A stretch of 64,000 bases of DNA from assembly GCA_964016885.1 (NCBI GenBank), contig OZ024743.1, positions 366,978,001 to 367,042,000 on the forward strand. Direction: 5' to 3'. Position numbers and translations under genes: made by a program. This DNA comes from Eledone cirrhosa. Lineage: Eukaryota. The notes below the pieces were generated by a model that made no database searches, had not been told where the DNA came from, and worked only from the letters and a program-made list of their open reading frames with translations. This document shows positions 1 to 12,692 of the stretch, in pieces (position 1 is the stretch's first letter; each line of letters begins with the position of its first letter).

Positions 1-211
1 ATTTAGCTCTTGTGTTTATGTGAGAAATCAATATTAGAGCCTCACATATAGACAAATATCTACCACTTGAAGACAAATATTATAATGAAAATGGATGGTT
101 AAGTGGAGTAGCAATGAACCTGACATATTGGAAGCATTGCCACACTGTCAGTATAGGACATCTATTTTGTTTCTTTAAAAGTGAAATAAATAACATTAAA
201 AGATACTTTAC

Positions 212-308
212 CATCTCCGTTAGCATCTTCTGATAAAGGGTTAATTTCAACCATGGTTGCATCATACTTAATAAAAACATTGTATAGTTTCTGCATAACA
301 TCAACAAC
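212..308 (-). CDS. SUCLA2: SUCLA2 (ADP-forming succinyl-CoA ligase beta) internal exon; gene continues beyond window start
   Basis: tttcAG|...|GTaaag boundaries; translates [32 protein letters not shown]. YDATMxEINP is the SUCLA2-type motif; phase 0 start fits the preceding exon. Confidence 0.93.
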
Positions 309-929
309 CTGAAATGAGAGATTGATTCAAAGGATTTGGAAAAAAATGAAAAACAAAACAATTGCTTACTCAAAGACAGCTATAATAACATCCATGTTAA
401 AATATTTTCCAAAATATAATATATATAACAAATCAGGGAGGTGATAGAGATACTAAATGAATCTTCCATTTTAAAGTTGTAAAATATATCAACTAAATAT
501 CAACAAATATGTTAGCAGATTAAGTAAAGAGTTACTTAGTTCTGTACTATTTATAATAAGCAAGCTGTATAGTTAACTGACTAATCCTAAATATATTTTA
601 CTTTATTAAATATAGAAAAATGAAAAGCAAAATTCATTGGTAGATTTTAAACTCAGAACAGGAACAAAGATAGGAAAAAAAATCATAAAAGTATATATAA
701 AGCTCTACATGTAAAAACCCAGACATACAATGTTCCATCAACACAAACATACATACCAATAACAATGATGCATACTACCTGTTGTAGTGTCTTTTACTTA
801 GATTAATGAAGACAAAAAAATAATAAAAATGGCATCCATAACATTAAGTATAATACACTCCTGAGCTTTATGTAAATGTAGACGTGTACACACACATATA
901 TGCATGTAAAATATAACGATAATGATAAT

Positions 930-1800
930 ATCAACATCATTGTTAACATCCATTTTACAAGCTAGCATGGGTTAGATGGGTTGTCCCATTAGAGGCTTTT
1001 TGTGGTGATAACACTATAACTTTACAGTATAAGGGCGGTGTGGACAGAAGTGGGTGGGTAGGTGTTGCGGCATCAGAGGTGTATGGAAGGGCATAGCAGT
1101 TAAGAGGTGCCTACTAGATGTATGTTTGAGTCCGTGCGCATGGGAAGGCATGTCTTCTGTATTACTGCATAACGCCAAAGATCTCAATCCTGGATTATTG
1201 TCTTTGAAAAGTGCAATTGTGCAAGGTCAGCATTTATCACCTCATCCAAGGTCTTCCTACTCCATAGCTTCCTTTGCCCTTGTAGCAGTTGACGATGATG
1301 CTGCTACGCCAGTCATTGGGTATGACCCCATTTTGTATTACTTGGTTTACAATATGGGTGAATATGGTGTAACCCATCATCACAGATGCTTTCAGCATCT
1401 CAGCAACTATCCTGGAAGGTCTACCTATCTTTGTATATTTGATTGCCTTATTTACTATACTACTAACTTGCACAGCCAGTCCCTATTGGGTCGACATGTG
1501 ACAAACTTACTTCTCATGCATTCTCCTCATTCAGTAATTATTCATAGTGGCACTTCTATGCTACCTTCTTTTCAACACCAGTGAGGGCAAGTACTCCGTT
1601 ATTATCGCAGACACTCTTTTCCCCAACAATATCACAATTTTCTCAGACACATTGCCTTGCATTCCTGAACACCTCACTTCTTTGGTCCTCACATTGTAGA
1701 ACATGTTTAAATTTTTTATTTTCTGCTTCCCTTCTTGCAAAGTACACTTGTCACCTAGCTTCTCTCCTAGCCACCTGGTAGTCTTCTCTACTTCCTCCCT
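930..1800 (-). mobile_element. RTE LINE fragment, internally deleted
   Basis: IVAEMLKAS..IPNDWRSSIIVNCYKGKG fused directly to the C-terminal SYGVGRP; homologous to the 54349-57960 element. Confidence 0.85.
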
Positions 1801-2094
1801 CCCACCATTCTTTCCATGCCCGATATCCGTATTGTATGTATTCTTTCCATGCCCGATATCCGTATTGAATGTTTACATGGCCGTTTCACCTTTATTTTTC
1901 TTCAATTTTCACAAATATACTATTTTTTTTATTGGAGTTGATCAATTAGCAATTAAGGTTCCTTTACTTTCTCTGGCATTCTTAATCAGAAGAACCAACC
2001 TCACTTTTCATCTAACTTTCAAACTAAAAGTAAACAAATAGCTAAGTTATCACAACATACATCTATGCATACATCATCCCCAGGCACTCAACAT

Positions 2095-2900
2095 ATCATC
2101 ATGATTTTTACATCTGTTTTTTCATGCTTGCACAAGTCCTCTCCAGTACAGCATCTTTCCACTTGTTCTTTTCTTTTGTGAGCATCAGCTTTCACCAACC
2201 CTGCCTACATCTTTCTTGGTTTTCCTTTTCCACAACTTCCTTCCACTTGAAACTCCTGGCAATTCTTCACCCAATGATTATCATCCATATGTGTTACCTG
2301 TCTATACCAGTGCAAACTTCTCCCTGAGATACTACATCTGATTCCTCTTACACCCTGTCTTTCTCTCAGCTCATCCATGCTTTGTCATACTGCTGACCAT
2401 CACAGGACCCTACAATACAAATTATCATTACACATTCAACATAGCATGTGTAATTCATTTCTCTCTAGCCTTTGCATACTCTCTTTGCTCAGAGAGAGAA
2501 TCTCTTTGTTGCCAACAGAGGTAGTAGTTCTCTGAACTTTTTCCACCCTGTTCTTATTCTAGCTACTATGCTTTCAGAGCAACCTCCTCCACTGCTAATT
2601 AGGTCACCAAAGTAACAAAAGCTATCAATTACTTTTATGAAAGCTTTCCTATATCGGAAAAAATTTGCGTTCTCCCTACTATCATTGAGCATCTGCCAAA
2701 TACAAAGTCTATTTACATTATTAGCCTGCCTGCAATCCTAGTATATCTTTTCTGTATTTTATATTGAATACACCATATAGAGTTCCTATCTACTCCTTTT
2801 CTATATATCAAGCACAGCTATTTCCCTGATGGTACTAGGGTCATGTCTTCTTTCCTACTTACTAAAGCTTTGGCCTTTAAGTTTCCTCTGAACCCTTTTG
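2095..2900 (-). mobile_element. Old RTE LINE 3' fragment
   Basis: FCYFGDLISSGGGCSESIVARIRTGWKKFRELLPLL. Confidence 0.8.
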
Positions 2901-3289
2901 ATTGTATGTTCTATTTTCACAGCAAGAATTTTTTCTCTAGCTCTAAGTACACCAAAGTGGTTCTTGACACACTTTTCACCAACAATGTCCCGATTCAAAC
3001 TGACACTGCCTTGCAATACAGAACACTTCACATGCCTCTGATCCCCTCATCACTGAACATTGGTAAACCTTCTACTTTCAGTGTCTCATCAGGCTATGTA
3101 AACTCGATGTCTAGCTTCCTTTTAAGCTTCCAATCTTTCAAAGAGTGTTTGTTTTTTAGCTTTTATGGTTCAATCTTCAGTACTAAACAACACGTATTAT
3201 TAATGTTGGAATTAAAATTCTTTTCTTCTCATTAAAGAGACCAAAATTCTGAGAGAATGTTAAATTTTAAGTATTAAATCATATTTTAC

Positions 3290-3460
3290 CTGTTCAATAG
3301 ATCTTCCAGCCATTCCCAATTTCTTTGCCATATCTAAACATTGTTCTTTTGTCAGTCCAGTATTAATATCAATAGGTTCTTTGATAATAGCATCAGGATT
3401 TTCCTTAGCAACATCTTCAATTGCCATCCCACCTTGCATACTGCTGACCATCACAGGACC
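3290..3460 (-). CDS. SUCLA2: SUCLA2 internal exon
   Basis: ttgtAG|GGTCCT...CAG|GTaaaa; 171 nt, GPVMVSSMQGGMAIEDVAKENPDAIIKEPIDINTGLTKEQCLDMAKKLGMAGRSIEQ (ATP-grasp region GGxxIEDVA). Confidence 0.95.
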
Positions 3461-4652
3461 CTACAATAAAATAAACATATATAAAAAAAACAATCTTGTT
3501 ACACTGAATATATCAGTACAACATTCTAGGAAATAAAACCAATATTCAAATGAATTGTTAAAGGAAGCTTTACATAAGTTACTCAACCAGCTAATTCAAG
3601 AGGAAATATATTTTCCAAGCCTGAAGTATCAACATCACAATATGTTAATCATACTGGAAATCTTTAAGATCAGAAAATCAAAGCTTATTAAAAATCCCTA
3701 GGTTAAATAAATGTATCAAACATGAATTTTGATCTGATAATTAAATTCTGACAATGCTCTTGTCTGCACAGCTGTCCTGAAGTATTTATTTGTAGCCAAG
3801 TGGATGAGACCATTTGAAAGTTGATTGGATCAATTTCAACAAGCCACAGACATAGGAATTTGTAACTGAAACATAAAGAGAACCAACTAAATACCACAAG
3901 GCATTTATGATGTCACTCTATTGTTTCTGCCATATGACTGGCCTTTTATGTTGGAACCACAGAACATCCAGTCCACACCAATGTAGGTGTCATGAGAAAA
4001 AGGACCCAGTCCACGCTGTAAAGTGGTCGTGTAGGAGACACGGTAAAAAGGCTTCCAGTCCACATTGTAAATGTGTTTGGTATTAGGAAGGGCATCCAGC
4101 CATAGAAAACCTTCCAGATACAGTCCTATATGAGCGAGACACTGTCACCCGATCAATCTTGCCTCAAGTGGGACAATTCCTGTCTAACCCATGCTAGCAT
4201 GGAAGATAGACATTAAACAATGATGATGATATAAACATTAGAAAATCTTGATTAAAATATTAAGAAAATTAAAATTTTGTGTGTATTTTATTAAGAAAAT
4301 GTTAAAAATTTAACATACATTTATCATCATAACTTTTACATCTAGTTTTCTATGTTAGCATAGGTTGGATGAGACTTTTTTACCCTTCCTGATCAATGTC
4401 GAACTGCTGAACCTTTGTAAATGCAAAACATAAACAAATGTCACAGTCTGTGCTAGTGGTTTCAAAATACACACACACACATGAAGGGCTTCCACAGTTT
4501 CTCTTTACTGAACTGTCACAAAGCATTGATCAGCAGAAGACACTTGTCCAAGGTGTTGTGTAGTGGGATAGAAACAAAAACCATGCAGTCATAAAATGTT
4601 AAACATACTTTATATATATATAAAATAAGGTGTATAATAGTATAATCATTAC

Positions 4653-4815
4653 CGAATATGCTCTCTCCATGGCAATAGCAAAGTAATACTCTCGGCGGGA
4701 GTAAAGTCGTTCACATATCATTACACTATTACAAATCCTCCCAGCTGCTCCAGTCTGTTTTGTAATTAGTTTAGACCCAATCATCTGAGCTGCCAGCTTC
4801 CGTGCTTCTTCAGCA
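4653..4815 (-). CDS. SUCLA2: SUCLA2 internal exon
   Basis: ttgcAG|...TCG|GTaatg; 163 nt, [54 protein letters not shown]; phases consistent with both neighbours. Confidence 0.95.
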
Positions 4816-5940
4816 CTGCAAAATTAGTGTAAGAGAAATTAGATATGAAATGCAATGTGAGAATGTATAACTCATTCATTACCATATTTCTATTAAAATA
4901 CACAACCTATGTGTTTCAAATAATTTTGAAGATAACCAAGAATTTGGCGGTATTTAGTAAATAACTAACTTTCTCATTATTAAGTTGGTGCTTGAAACAA
5001 AGATTCTGACATAAAATTATGAAGGTTTTTAAACAAAACTTTAAACACCTTAAAATAATAAGTATCTTAGAACCAGGGGTGATGTGTTATCAAAAGGCAT
5101 AAAAAGGATAAAAAGTAAAATATTTAATATTTATTTTTATGTTTATTCTGTTATAAATAAGCCTTTCCAATCATGTTAGTTAAAGTAATGTTTATTACAC
5201 AGGGTTTTGGTGACATTACCAAAGACTTCTTGCTTGTGTGAACATCTGACATAATATCACAGTTGTTTATTCTACTGTCTTCTACAGAGTGGACAGTATT
5301 TAAGATTAGTACTTTAGAACAAAATAATACAGTTGTGAACTGCTGAACTTTTTTTTTATGAATGAGTGTCATTCCAATCATCACTCAGTAGCTGAGTAGA
5401 CTGAACATATTTATTGTGGCCTTGGCACTACAGAGCACATCTTGTTAAACCTAATCAACTTTAAGAGTAGTTGCTACTCGAGACAGGATATGTTAGTTGT
5501 ATCAATGAAATTACTATTTTCTTAAAAATAAACAACAGATAATTATATGGGCTCCATGATATTATATGGGCTTCATGCTCATCATGGAGTCCTTTTTGAA
5601 GCAATGTTTTGTATATGGATCCCATTCCTTGTGCCAACTTTTGTAGTCACATCTTACAGCAAGCAAGGATACGATGTGTCTATTCTAAATTGGATACATA
5701 CAGCATGATAATGTTTATGAACAATAGTTGAAAATACAATCTTTACAAAGTCAAGCTGAGAATGGTATTTGAACTAAAGTATATATCATAAGTGAACTGT
5801 AATATTTTATATTACATTCTTTCTATTCTTTATTTGGCCTTCCAAAAACTCCATTAAAATAATACAGAACTATTTTATAAACTATATGCTATTATTTAAA
5901 TCTTGTTACATAATGAGAAGAAATATTTAAATAATTAGAA

Positions 5941-6027
5941 AAAGTATTTGACTCATTATCAAGCAAAATGTTAACGAATGTAAAAGTATTTGACTCATTA
6001 TCAAGCAAAATGTTAACGAATGTAAAA
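5941..6027. repeat. Perfect 42-bp tandem duplication
   Basis: AAAGTATTTGACTCATTATCAAGCAAAATGTTAACGAATGTA x2. Confidence 0.9.
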
Positions 6028-6719
6028 GGTTTTCCTCATATATGTGGTCAATATTCGAATGTTTTCATGCACTAATAATTGTAACAACCAAAGGCCCAAG
6101 CATCTATGTGCTTACTCAACCTGACAGAAATAGAAATCTCCCTCAAATCACACCCAAGCATATTTTTAAAAATGAGAAACATTGATTTTCAGAAATACAT
6201 TAAGCAGGCAAAATTATTATAGGTCAACTCAGATAGCGTTATCCTGAGGTTAATAACAACAAGCAGCTCTGAAGGTGGTGTGGCATATCTGGAACAATGA
6301 GTGAGTGGATTGCATTTAATCATTTGATCTACAATGTTCCATACATCTGTTTGATCATAGCTGACCTTTGATTAAACAACAACTATAGCTACCTAGATAC
6401 ATCATTGTTTTTAAGCCAACTTTTCCATTCTAGCAAGGGCTAGATAAGGCATTTTGAGGTAGTCATGGCTGAAATGCCTGATCATAAGTTTGAGCCACAT
6501 ATTCAAATAACTTGTTAAAAAAAATTTAGTAACAGAAAAACAAAATTCTTCAAAAGAATTTGAACATCCTATCTTCAGTAGTTTCTGAGATACCAGATTT
6601 GACACAGATCACAAAAGCAAATTAGATAAAGACAGAAACATCTAATAGTTGAATATGGAAAATAGTGGTAGTTGTGCAGTGCACAATAACAATATAAAAC
6701 TATATTGTGGGTAACTCAC

Positions 6720-6831
6720 GTGTAGACAAGTTTAACACCTCCTTTGAGACCACTTTCAAATTCTCCACGTCCCCGACCTCCAGCAAGTACTTGGGCTTTG
6801 AGAACAACATCGGAATTACCAGTTTCTGAAG
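6720..6831 (-). CDS. SUCLA2: SUCLA2 internal exon (acceptor at 6831 or 6825)
   Basis: Not in the ORF track. Reverse complement reads [36 protein letters not shown], the hallmark [10 protein letters not shown] motif of SCS-beta; donor AC|GTgagt. Confidence 0.93.
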
Positions 6832-7497
6832 CTGTTGATTAAGGATAAATTTTAGTAGCATGGAAAAGTAAACATTGAAAAGTGATAATTATTAATTAGT
6901 GTGCAAAGGTATAAAATAGTTCAGTATTCTCAAATTATTATTTTTTTTAAAATTGACACAAGGTCAATTTTTGTAGGGGAAGAACATTGATAACTGAATC
7001 AACTGAAGTCAACATGGATCAAGCAAGAAAAATTTGATATGTATTTTACAAACCAACATGGAAAAAAGGTTGAGGAAAGGTAATGAAACAATATGAAAAG
7101 AATTATTTTTCACTCACACCATATAAATTTGTGTTCTTTATTGAACCAATTAACAAAGATATTCCCCTACATGATAAAAACTTGATTTCTTTCAGTAGAA
7201 ACTACTATGGATTATCTGTATGTTTTTGTAACACTTTGAAAATATTCTACAAGTTACAGTAAATCTGCACTTTGTTGAAAAGTTCCAACAAAGCAAAAGA
7301 TCCAGTTATCTCCTGAACTTTCCATTATAAAAATATTGATCATCAACTGATGATATTTTTCTTTTATTACATTTGATTTTACTTTTTAATGTCCTAAGCA
7401 TTAAATACGCTTTCATCAACTTAACTTTGTAAATTTACAATCACTAGTAAAAACCGGTCGCTACGCTGTCAGTTAAAACATTTGTAACAATGTATGA

Positions 7498-7697
7498 NNN
7501 NNNNNNNNNNNNNNNNNNNNNNNNNNNNNNNNNNNNNNNNNNNNNNNNNNNNNNNNNNNNNNNNNNNNNNNNNNNNNNNNNNNNNNNNNNNNNNNNNNNN
7601 NNNNNNNNNNNNNNNNNNNNNNNNNNNNNNNNNNNNNNNNNNNNNNNNNNNNNNNNNNNNNNNNNNNNNNNNNNNNNNNNNNNNNNNNNNNNNNNNN
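7498..7697. other. Assembly gap (200 N)
   Basis: Run of N; the ORFs spanning it are artefacts. Confidence 1.
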
Positions 7698-8770
7698 GGA
7701 GAGGTAACAGTATGCACCCTTGGTGGAATCTGACTCCCACATTGAATGGTTTCGATTTAGTACCAATTTATCAGAACACAATTACTCGGACATTCGTATA
7801 GACAGCAGGGCAGCAAGAAGCTGACCATCAATCCTATACTCCTGCACAACCTTCCACAGCAGGCCTCAAGGAGTGCAGTCATATGCCTTTTCAAGGTCAA
7901 CAAAACAAGAACATACTAAGATGATTTGGTCGGCTGTGTTGCACCCAGGGCAAAAACCACAGCGTTCATCAGCTAGCTTGGACTTGACAATCTCCCTGCA
8001 TCTCTTTGCCAGACACTTAGCATAGACCTTACCAGACAGACTTAACAAGGAGATCCCCTCTCTAATAGTAACAGTCTCTTATCTCTCTTTTTGAAAATTG
8101 GCATTATTACTCGTGACTGCCATTGCTTAGGTGCCTTTCCTGAGATCCAGGTCACCTAGTACACATGAGTCAGCAAGAGACCACCTTCTCTATTTTAGGC
8201 TTTTAACATCTCAGGCCAGATATCTTCCCCAGTGGCCTTGTCACATTTGAGCTTTTTGACTGCTCTTGTGACCTCAGCCTCTGAGAGATTAGTGACTACT
8301 TCCAGATGTACCCCACGTACATCAGAAGATGCTGTTATGATCAGGTTGGAGATCAGAAAAGTATTCTCTCCACCTCACGAGTATGCACCCCTCTGAAGAG
8401 AGGAGAACCCCAGGTGCGTTCTTGATAGCAGGTGTGGAGGATGGCTTCTTATTACCAAGTCAGAGGATGGTCTGCCAGAACACTTTATTTGCTGATCTCA
8501 AGTTAGATTCTAGCTTAATCCAAAAGTCTTACAATGTTTTAACTTTAGATACTTTTACTGTCTCTGCTGTGATTCTTTGTGCCTGCTTGTACTGTAAGGG
8601 CAAGAAGGAGGACTTATTTCCAAGCCAAGCTTTGTAAGCCTCCTTCTGTGCTTGGATGACATTTTTGACCTCTTGATTGAACCAAGGGGTCTTCCTGCCA
8701 TTCAGAATCACACCAAGCCTCTTTCACCCACAGCATTTAACAGCTGAAGCAGAAACTGCTGTACCTCTTA
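7698..8770 (-). mobile_element. RTE LINE fragment of a second subfamily
   Basis: RKTPWFNQEVK, LSLSGKVYAKCL, CFVDLEKAYD and VRFHQGCIL RT motifs. Confidence 0.8.
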
Positions 8771-11700
8771 CAACACACAATATCTATTCTAAAAAAAAAA
8801 GGGGTACACAACATAGTATAAATGAATTGAAATAATAAAGAATATGTCACAGGTATGAAGGGGAGCCTGGTCATGTTCTGTGTTGATGACAACATTAAAC
8901 AAGTTCATGACATAAGCTGTAGGGAATTTGACAAATGACAACTTTGATTATTGACAAATGGCAAAGAATATACAAATTTATCATAGTTTGGCCTACAGAC
9001 TTTAGGATTGCTGTGATAATAGAAGTGACTGACATCTTGGAAAAAGAATTGTCACTGGTGACAGATTTTTATAAATGCAATGCAGATGATTTATGATTCA
9101 CACTCATGTAGTCTCACACAAATAACTTCAAGACTGAAAACCTGTGAGTTTATATATACTAGTACATAAACTGTTGTTTAACAAAAGGAATAAGCTATAC
9201 TCAATTTATTTACGTAGGTTTGTGGATTTTCATTCATTTTGTTTTTACGTTAACCTTCCTATGCTGGCATGGGTTGGACAGAACATTTTAAGGTAATATT
9301 TTACATCAACATGCCCTTCTTGACAGTAACTGTTTTAGTTGCTTCTTATGACAAGCAGAGAGATGGTGCACCTCTTCTATATTGGATACACACGATATAT
9401 ATATATGTATTTGTGTGTATACATACACAATCACACATAAATAGAGAGAGAATAATGTTGGTATAGAATTCTGGCTCGAGTGAAAATGTTTGAGACCAAT
9501 TGTCAAATTGTGTGATACACACACATATATATATAAACACATAATACTCTGTGTGACACACACACACACACACACACATATATAAACACATAATACTCTG
9601 TGTGTGATGAATGAATAAAAACATTTTAGAACATTTACTTTTTTGTTTTACTTTTAACTGTATTTTATAAATTCAAAATAAAATTTTTAAGAGGATTTTG
9701 TGAGGTTCTATTGTTCAGATAGATCAAATAAAATCCAGGACAATAAGTATAATACAGATAACATATATTGATTAATGAATAAATACTGTGTCAATATAAT
9801 ATTTGTTATTAATAGTGACTATTAAATTTGAGGTTACTGGTTTTTCAAAACAAGTAACAAAATACATAAATTGCCATGTATTGTTATCATTCCCTGGCTC
9901 TCACTCAAGGTCCAAGTTGGTGGTCTTTATTCCTTTAATCTATTTATGGATACTCATGTGGTTTACGAGTTAAATGTTGGCCTTGAAAGTTCTACTTTCA
10001 AATATGGTTCAACAACATTCAGCCATGGTAAATACTTTTCCAACCTTATTAATTGAAGGGTAGATAGAAACATAAGCTTAACAAATTATTGATAGTGTCA
10101 ATGTACATGTATATTGCCCCACCAATATTGTATATATGTTTTTTTAATTGGGCCAATGAGAAAATCTTTATAGGGTCAATCAATCTGTTAGAAATATCAC
10201 CGAAATCACATCATACCATCTTAAAAATCTGAAAAACAAATGTTTTAAGGGCATTTCTCCTGCAAAAGCAGGGTTAGCCTTGTGCGTCCCATGACCTGGT
10301 TAAAAATGCAAGGATATATGGAATAATGTAATCTTAGAAATATTATGTCTACAAAAATGGCTGGAATCTCTTTGATAATAGATATACTCAATCAGTGCTG
10401 ACCTGAAGCTTAACAGGCAGTTTCTACAAATTTTAAGAGATACTTTTGAAACAAAGTGATTGTGTATTATGCAATCACACTAAATATTAACTGTGATGAA
10501 GCATACATCTAGTGAAGTCTCCAGTCTACACTGTAAAGTGGTTGTGCAGGTGACACGACAAAAAGCACCCAGTACACACTATAAATGTGGTTGGCGTTAA
10601 GGGAATCCAGCTGTAGAAAACCAAGCCAAAATCAATTCTGTATGAGCGAGACATTGTCACCTGACCTAGCATTGCTCACAACAGTCTAATGCATGCTAGC
10701 GTGGAAAAATGGACGTTAAACGGTGATGATTATATAAACTATGATTCCCTACCTCGTCACATCAGACATGAAGCTAAGGAAGGAAATAGAGAAAGAGAGA
10801 GGGTGTAGATATTTAAAAAATTCCCTAATGTACCATACAACTGTCAAAATCCACTTGAGCCAGTTATTTATCCTGACAACAAAAATATGAATTAACAACT
10901 GATAAGATATAACAAAAGTGTTTTAGTACTACTAAAAAGTAAGCGAGTTTTACTGTTAAACCTATTGTTTTTCATATATTTATATTGACTTAAAAAAATC
11001 TACATAAATTTATGATGGAAAATGACTGATAACAGTATATAAAAATTTAGAAATGAAAAACACAATTTATGAGGCAGTTTTAATTGTATAGACAAGAAAA
11101 GTAGACTATAAACTGTGGTGATAAAAACATTCTACTTTTAGATACCTGTCCTAAGTATAGACATGAAAAAATAATTTTTTTCTCGATTATCAAGTTTTTA
11201 CCTTATTAGTGCTCTCATACCTTGGAGAAAGAAGTAGTTGTCATTCTTGATACTCACCAAAACATTCTACAGTATCTGACATGAAAATCTGCAAAGATGA
11301 CTGGTTTTGAAGTCTACTCCCCAATTAATAGACTTAGGAACGTATTTAAAGGCTGTTACATCACAGTATGTATTGCTGGAACATTCCCTAACTATCAGAG
11401 TCCAGACAAATTATTGTCTGTCTCTATTCTATGTATAAAGAACGACTAACTTCAACTATACATACTATGTATATACTATTATAAGAACTTTGAAAATAAA
11501 CTGAAATGAGAAACTTTAAGTTAACACAACAAAGTGGAGGGTAATTTGTAGGTCATACCATACAGGTGAGATTCATTTAATGCTTGTAGGAAAACATGGA
11601 CAGAGATGGATACTAGAGGATTGCACTTTTGGAAAGGAATGGTTGGGAATAGTGTTGAATGATGAAAGGTGTACAACTAGCTAGCTCAAAGCAACAGAGA

Positions 11701-12490
11701 CTATTGTAGTAGTGAAAATGATTCTGAACACTTCACATAATGAGGTCAAATAATCTAACACAATCATGGAAACATTACATGTTTCACATAATCATATATT
11801 ATATCACAAAAGCAGCCACACCATACAGCTGTTAATCCTTCACAAAACACAAAAATGCCCCACCATTGCCAACACTACAATACTACTTAAATATAAGAAA
11901 TCTCTACAAACACACTACAGAGACAGAAAAGGCTTGGAAATTCACAAAATATAGATTTGTCACTAAAGGTGTGATATTCCTTTATTTCTTCTATTGCTAA
12001 CTACAATGTTATCTGATTTTCTCAAACATACATCATATTCAATGCACTCACCTTGTTTCCTTTTGACACTCACATTGTCTCATCTAACAGTCTTTCTCTC
12101 AGAATTGTATCCATTTGGTGCTATCTTTTTTGTTCATACAATTCTGTCACCTGTTGCATTAAATTCCCCTAGGTTTAATAATCTCCAGGTTTAGAAATTT
12201 AAAAAAGGTAATAGGCGGCTACCCTCCTCAGATTAATACAAAACAAAATATAATATACTAACTTTCTATCTTTTCAACATGATAATTACAAATTCAGTCT
12301 ATCTTAAGACAAGAATATAATTTCACAATAGATATATCTAATAAATCAGACATTACTATTTCATATATTTGGTCCTAACTGACCAAGTCTCAATGCCATA
12401 GAGAATTACCTTTTTCAACACGTGTGATATCATCTGCTTTTCATTTGAATATAGAGAATCACTTTGTTGCCAATAAGTTCAACAGGTTGT

Positions 12491-12692
12491 TTAACCCTTT
12501 AGCATGTAAACCGGCCAGAATTCTCTCACCTCTTTCAGTTCAAACCGGTCGTAACTGGCCGCTCATACCGACGTTAAGGTAAGGTTTTGTTCTCAAAACA
12601 AATATCAAGACCTCGTAGATTTGATATTATGTGAGATAAAGCCTTTTCTATGAAAATATAATAGTAAATAAAGAGTAATGGGTTAGGGTTAA
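12491..12692. mobile_element. Possible piggyBac-type MITE (related copy near 63280-63436)
   Basis: TTAA|CCCT ... AGGG|TTAA ends; a homologous inverted copy lies near 63280-63436. Confidence 0.5.

Noticed and set aside
1054-1584. 176-aa plus-strand ORF
   Set aside because: Antisense shadow of an RTE fragment on the minus strand.
7444-7801. Five ORFs spanning poly-X
   Set aside because: Artefacts of the 200-N assembly gap.
12681-12692. GGTTAGGGTTAA as an interstitial telomere repeat
   Set aside because: Fewer than two units; better explained as the end of a TTAA-flanked MITE.
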